Shown here: positions 62,247 through 64,000 of the stretch, one piece after another
Layout of the letters: every line of letters starts with the position of its first letter
Numbering within the stretch: the stretch's first letter is position 1
Assembly: GCA_043803945.1 (NCBI GenBank)
Contig: JAZDJN010000061.1
Location: forward strand, 83,182-147,181
Source: a bacterium
Lineage (GTDB): Bacteria > Bacteroidota > Ignavibacteria > UBA10030
Reading direction: 5' to 3'
Length of the DNA: 64,000 nucleotides
Program-made: the position numbers and the translations under genes
The notes under the pieces: model-generated
Seen by the model: only the letters and a program-made list of their open reading frames with translations
The model's database searches: none
What the model was told of the DNA's origin: nothing

Positions 62247-63764
62247 ATGAAAACCATTTCAAGAGCGCTGTTTGGGGCCATTCTCTTAAGTTTGCTGAAG
62301 ATCTCGCTGTTTGCACAGTTCCATCAATCGACTGTTGCCGGTGAACGGATCTCCGTCGACCTGACAATCTACAATCAGGCAATGTCGCTGATCCGTGAGG
62401 AACGAGTCATAAAGCTTCCAAAAGGTCTCAGCACACTTCTTCTCCCCGAGATCCCAGCAACCATCGACGGAACCTCACTCCATTTTCTCAGCATCACGAA
62501 TCCAAAGGCTGTCCAAGTGCTGGAACAAAACTATCAATATGATCTCGTCCACCAGGCAAAACTACTCGAAAAATATGTGGGAAAGGAAGTAGAGTTTATC
62601 CGTATCGAACCGAGCACCGATAAGGAGTACACGGTGCGCGGCAGATTGCTTGCCACAGGATTTCTGCAGCAGCCACAACAGGGCGGATTCATTCCAAACT
62701 ACTATAGCATCGGTGGTATGATTGTCGAAATCAATGGAAAGGTCGAAGTCAATCCAGTTGGTCGGTTAATCCTCCCTGCCCTTCCCGAAGGATTGATTCT
62801 GAAACCTCAATTACAATGGCTTGTTAATAATTCGTTCGAGGGCCAGCAACGAACCGAAATCAGTTATCTGGCAGGACAGCTTTCCTGGAATTGCAACTAT
62901 GTCGTTCTCCTGAACGCCGCAGAAACAAAGATCGATCTCACAGGTTGGGTAACACTGACAAACAACTCAGGTACAAGCTTTACTAATGCCGGGCTCAAGC
63001 TGGTAGCCGGTGATGTGAACGTTGTCAAAGATGCATTCACAAATGAAAAGAAAATGCTCCGAATGGCTGAGGCGGATGCCGTCGGTGCGGCACAATTCAA
63101 ACAAACAGAACTGTTCGAGTACAAGCTGTACTCACTCCAGCGGCGAACCGATCTGAACAATAACGAAGTGAAACAGATTGAGCTTACCTCGGCAAAGAAT
63201 GTTACTGCAAAGAAGGTGTTCCTGTACGATGGGCTCGCCGATCAATGGAGATCCTGGTATAGAAATTACTCATATCGAAATCAAAGCAGCTTTGGCCAGC
63301 AGTCGAATCCGAAGATCGGTGTGTATCTGACATTTAAGAATGATGAAGCGTCCGGACTCGGACTGCCATTGCCGCTGGGAAAAGTACGTGTCTACAAGCG
63401 TGATGACGACGGCAAAGAGCAGTTTATTGGAGAAGATAAGATCGACCATACGCCAAAGGATGAAGAGTTGAAATTGTACCTCGGGAATGCGTTCGATCTC
63501 GTTGGAGAACGGTTACAGAAGGATTTTAAAAGCTATTCGAATGGGCATGTCGTAGAAGAAACAATTGAAATAAAAGTCCGGAACCATAAAGACCAAACCG
63601 CCGAGGTTCAAATCTATGAGCATCCCTGGCGATGGAGTCAATGGGAAATCATTCGCAGTAATATTGAATGGACAAAAGTCGATCAGACAACGCTGAAGTT
63701 CCCCGTGAAGATTGCAAAGGATGGCGAGAAGGTCATGACATACACAATTCGATATTCATGGTAG
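62247..63764 (+). CDS. DUF4139-domain exported protein
   Basis: Signal peptide, LTIYN, EQNYQYDL, SWNCNY, LVAGDVN and GLPLPLGKVRVY. ATG 62247 preferred. Confidence 0.87.
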   Translation: MKTISRALFGAILLSLLKISLFAQFHQSTVAGERISVDLTIYNQAMSLIREERVIKLPKGLSTLLLPEIPATIDGTSLHFLSITNPKAVQVLEQNYQYDLVHQAKLLEKYVGKEVEFIRIEPSTDKEYTVRGRLLATGFLQQPQQGGFIPNYYSIGGMIVEINGKVEVNPVGRLILPALPEGLILKPQLQWLVNNSFEGQQRTEISYLAGQLSWNCNYVVLLNAAETKIDLTGWVTLTNNSGTSFTNAGLKLVAGDVNVVKDAFTNEKKMLRMAEADAVGAAQFKQTELFEYKLYSLQRRTDLNNNEVKQIELTSAKNVTAKKVFLYDGLADQWRSWYRNYSYRNQSSFGQQSNPKIGVYLTFKNDEASGLGLPLPLGKVRVYKRDDDGKEQFIGEDKIDHTPKDEELKLYLGNAFDLVGERLQKDFKSYSNGHVVEETIEIKVRNHKDQTAEVQIYEHPWRWSQWEIIRSNIEWTKVDQTTLKFPVKIAKDGEKVMTYTIRYSW

Positions 63765-64000
63765 ACCACTGATGACACAGATGAGACTGATTCTTCTAGA
63801 GAGTTTGAGTAAAACACAGTTTCAATTGAATACTGAACTGGCGTATGTATGAGACGTAAATTTCCCCCTTTCGTAAAGCTTCTCATTACCCACAATTCGT
63901 GAGAAGGGTGAGAGGACTTGTACAAGACGTTTATTTTCAATATGTTATTGAGATAAGTATACGATAACATATTGAAAGGAACAATATCATGGAGCGATGG

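Overview
A 64-kb bacterial region, almost entirely on the minus strand. T9SS-type C-terminal sorting domains suggest an FCB-group organism, probably Ignavibacteria-like. The left half is a hydrogen-metabolism cluster with three different group 3 [NiFe]-hydrogenases, each near its own maturation protease: an intact 3d HoxEFUYH(W) with hypAB; a decaying 3c HdrCBA-MvhDGA (in-frame stop and Cys-to-Ser changes in hdrB, and a deletion fusing mvhD to mvhG out of frame); and an intact 3b HydBGDA. An AT-rich two-gene island (SNF2 helicase plus actin/Hsp70-fold ATPase) sits among them and is a candidate defence module. gltA, mdh and PFOR with its DHOD-like partner are interspersed. The most novel-looking system is in the right half: two paralogous multiheme c-cytochromes (8 CxxCH plus one conserved CxCH each) with signal peptides and T9SS sorting domains. 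Next to them are a PAS-PAS kinase, a sigma54 activator and a stand-alone HTH protein sharing the activator's recognition helix. Six sigma54-like promoters (four with an atypical -12 GA) and a recurring TTCTCA-N4-TGAGAA-like palindrome lie upstream of the cytochromes, the HTH gene, the 3b hydrogenase operon, gltA-mdh and a receiver gene, which suggests one regulon. The window ends with a PDZ-only protein, a 17xFN3 T9SS protein, DUF2339, an ECF sigma/anti-sigma pair and DUF4139. No rRNA, tRNA, CRISPR array or transposase was recognised. All family calls come from motif reading, not database searches.
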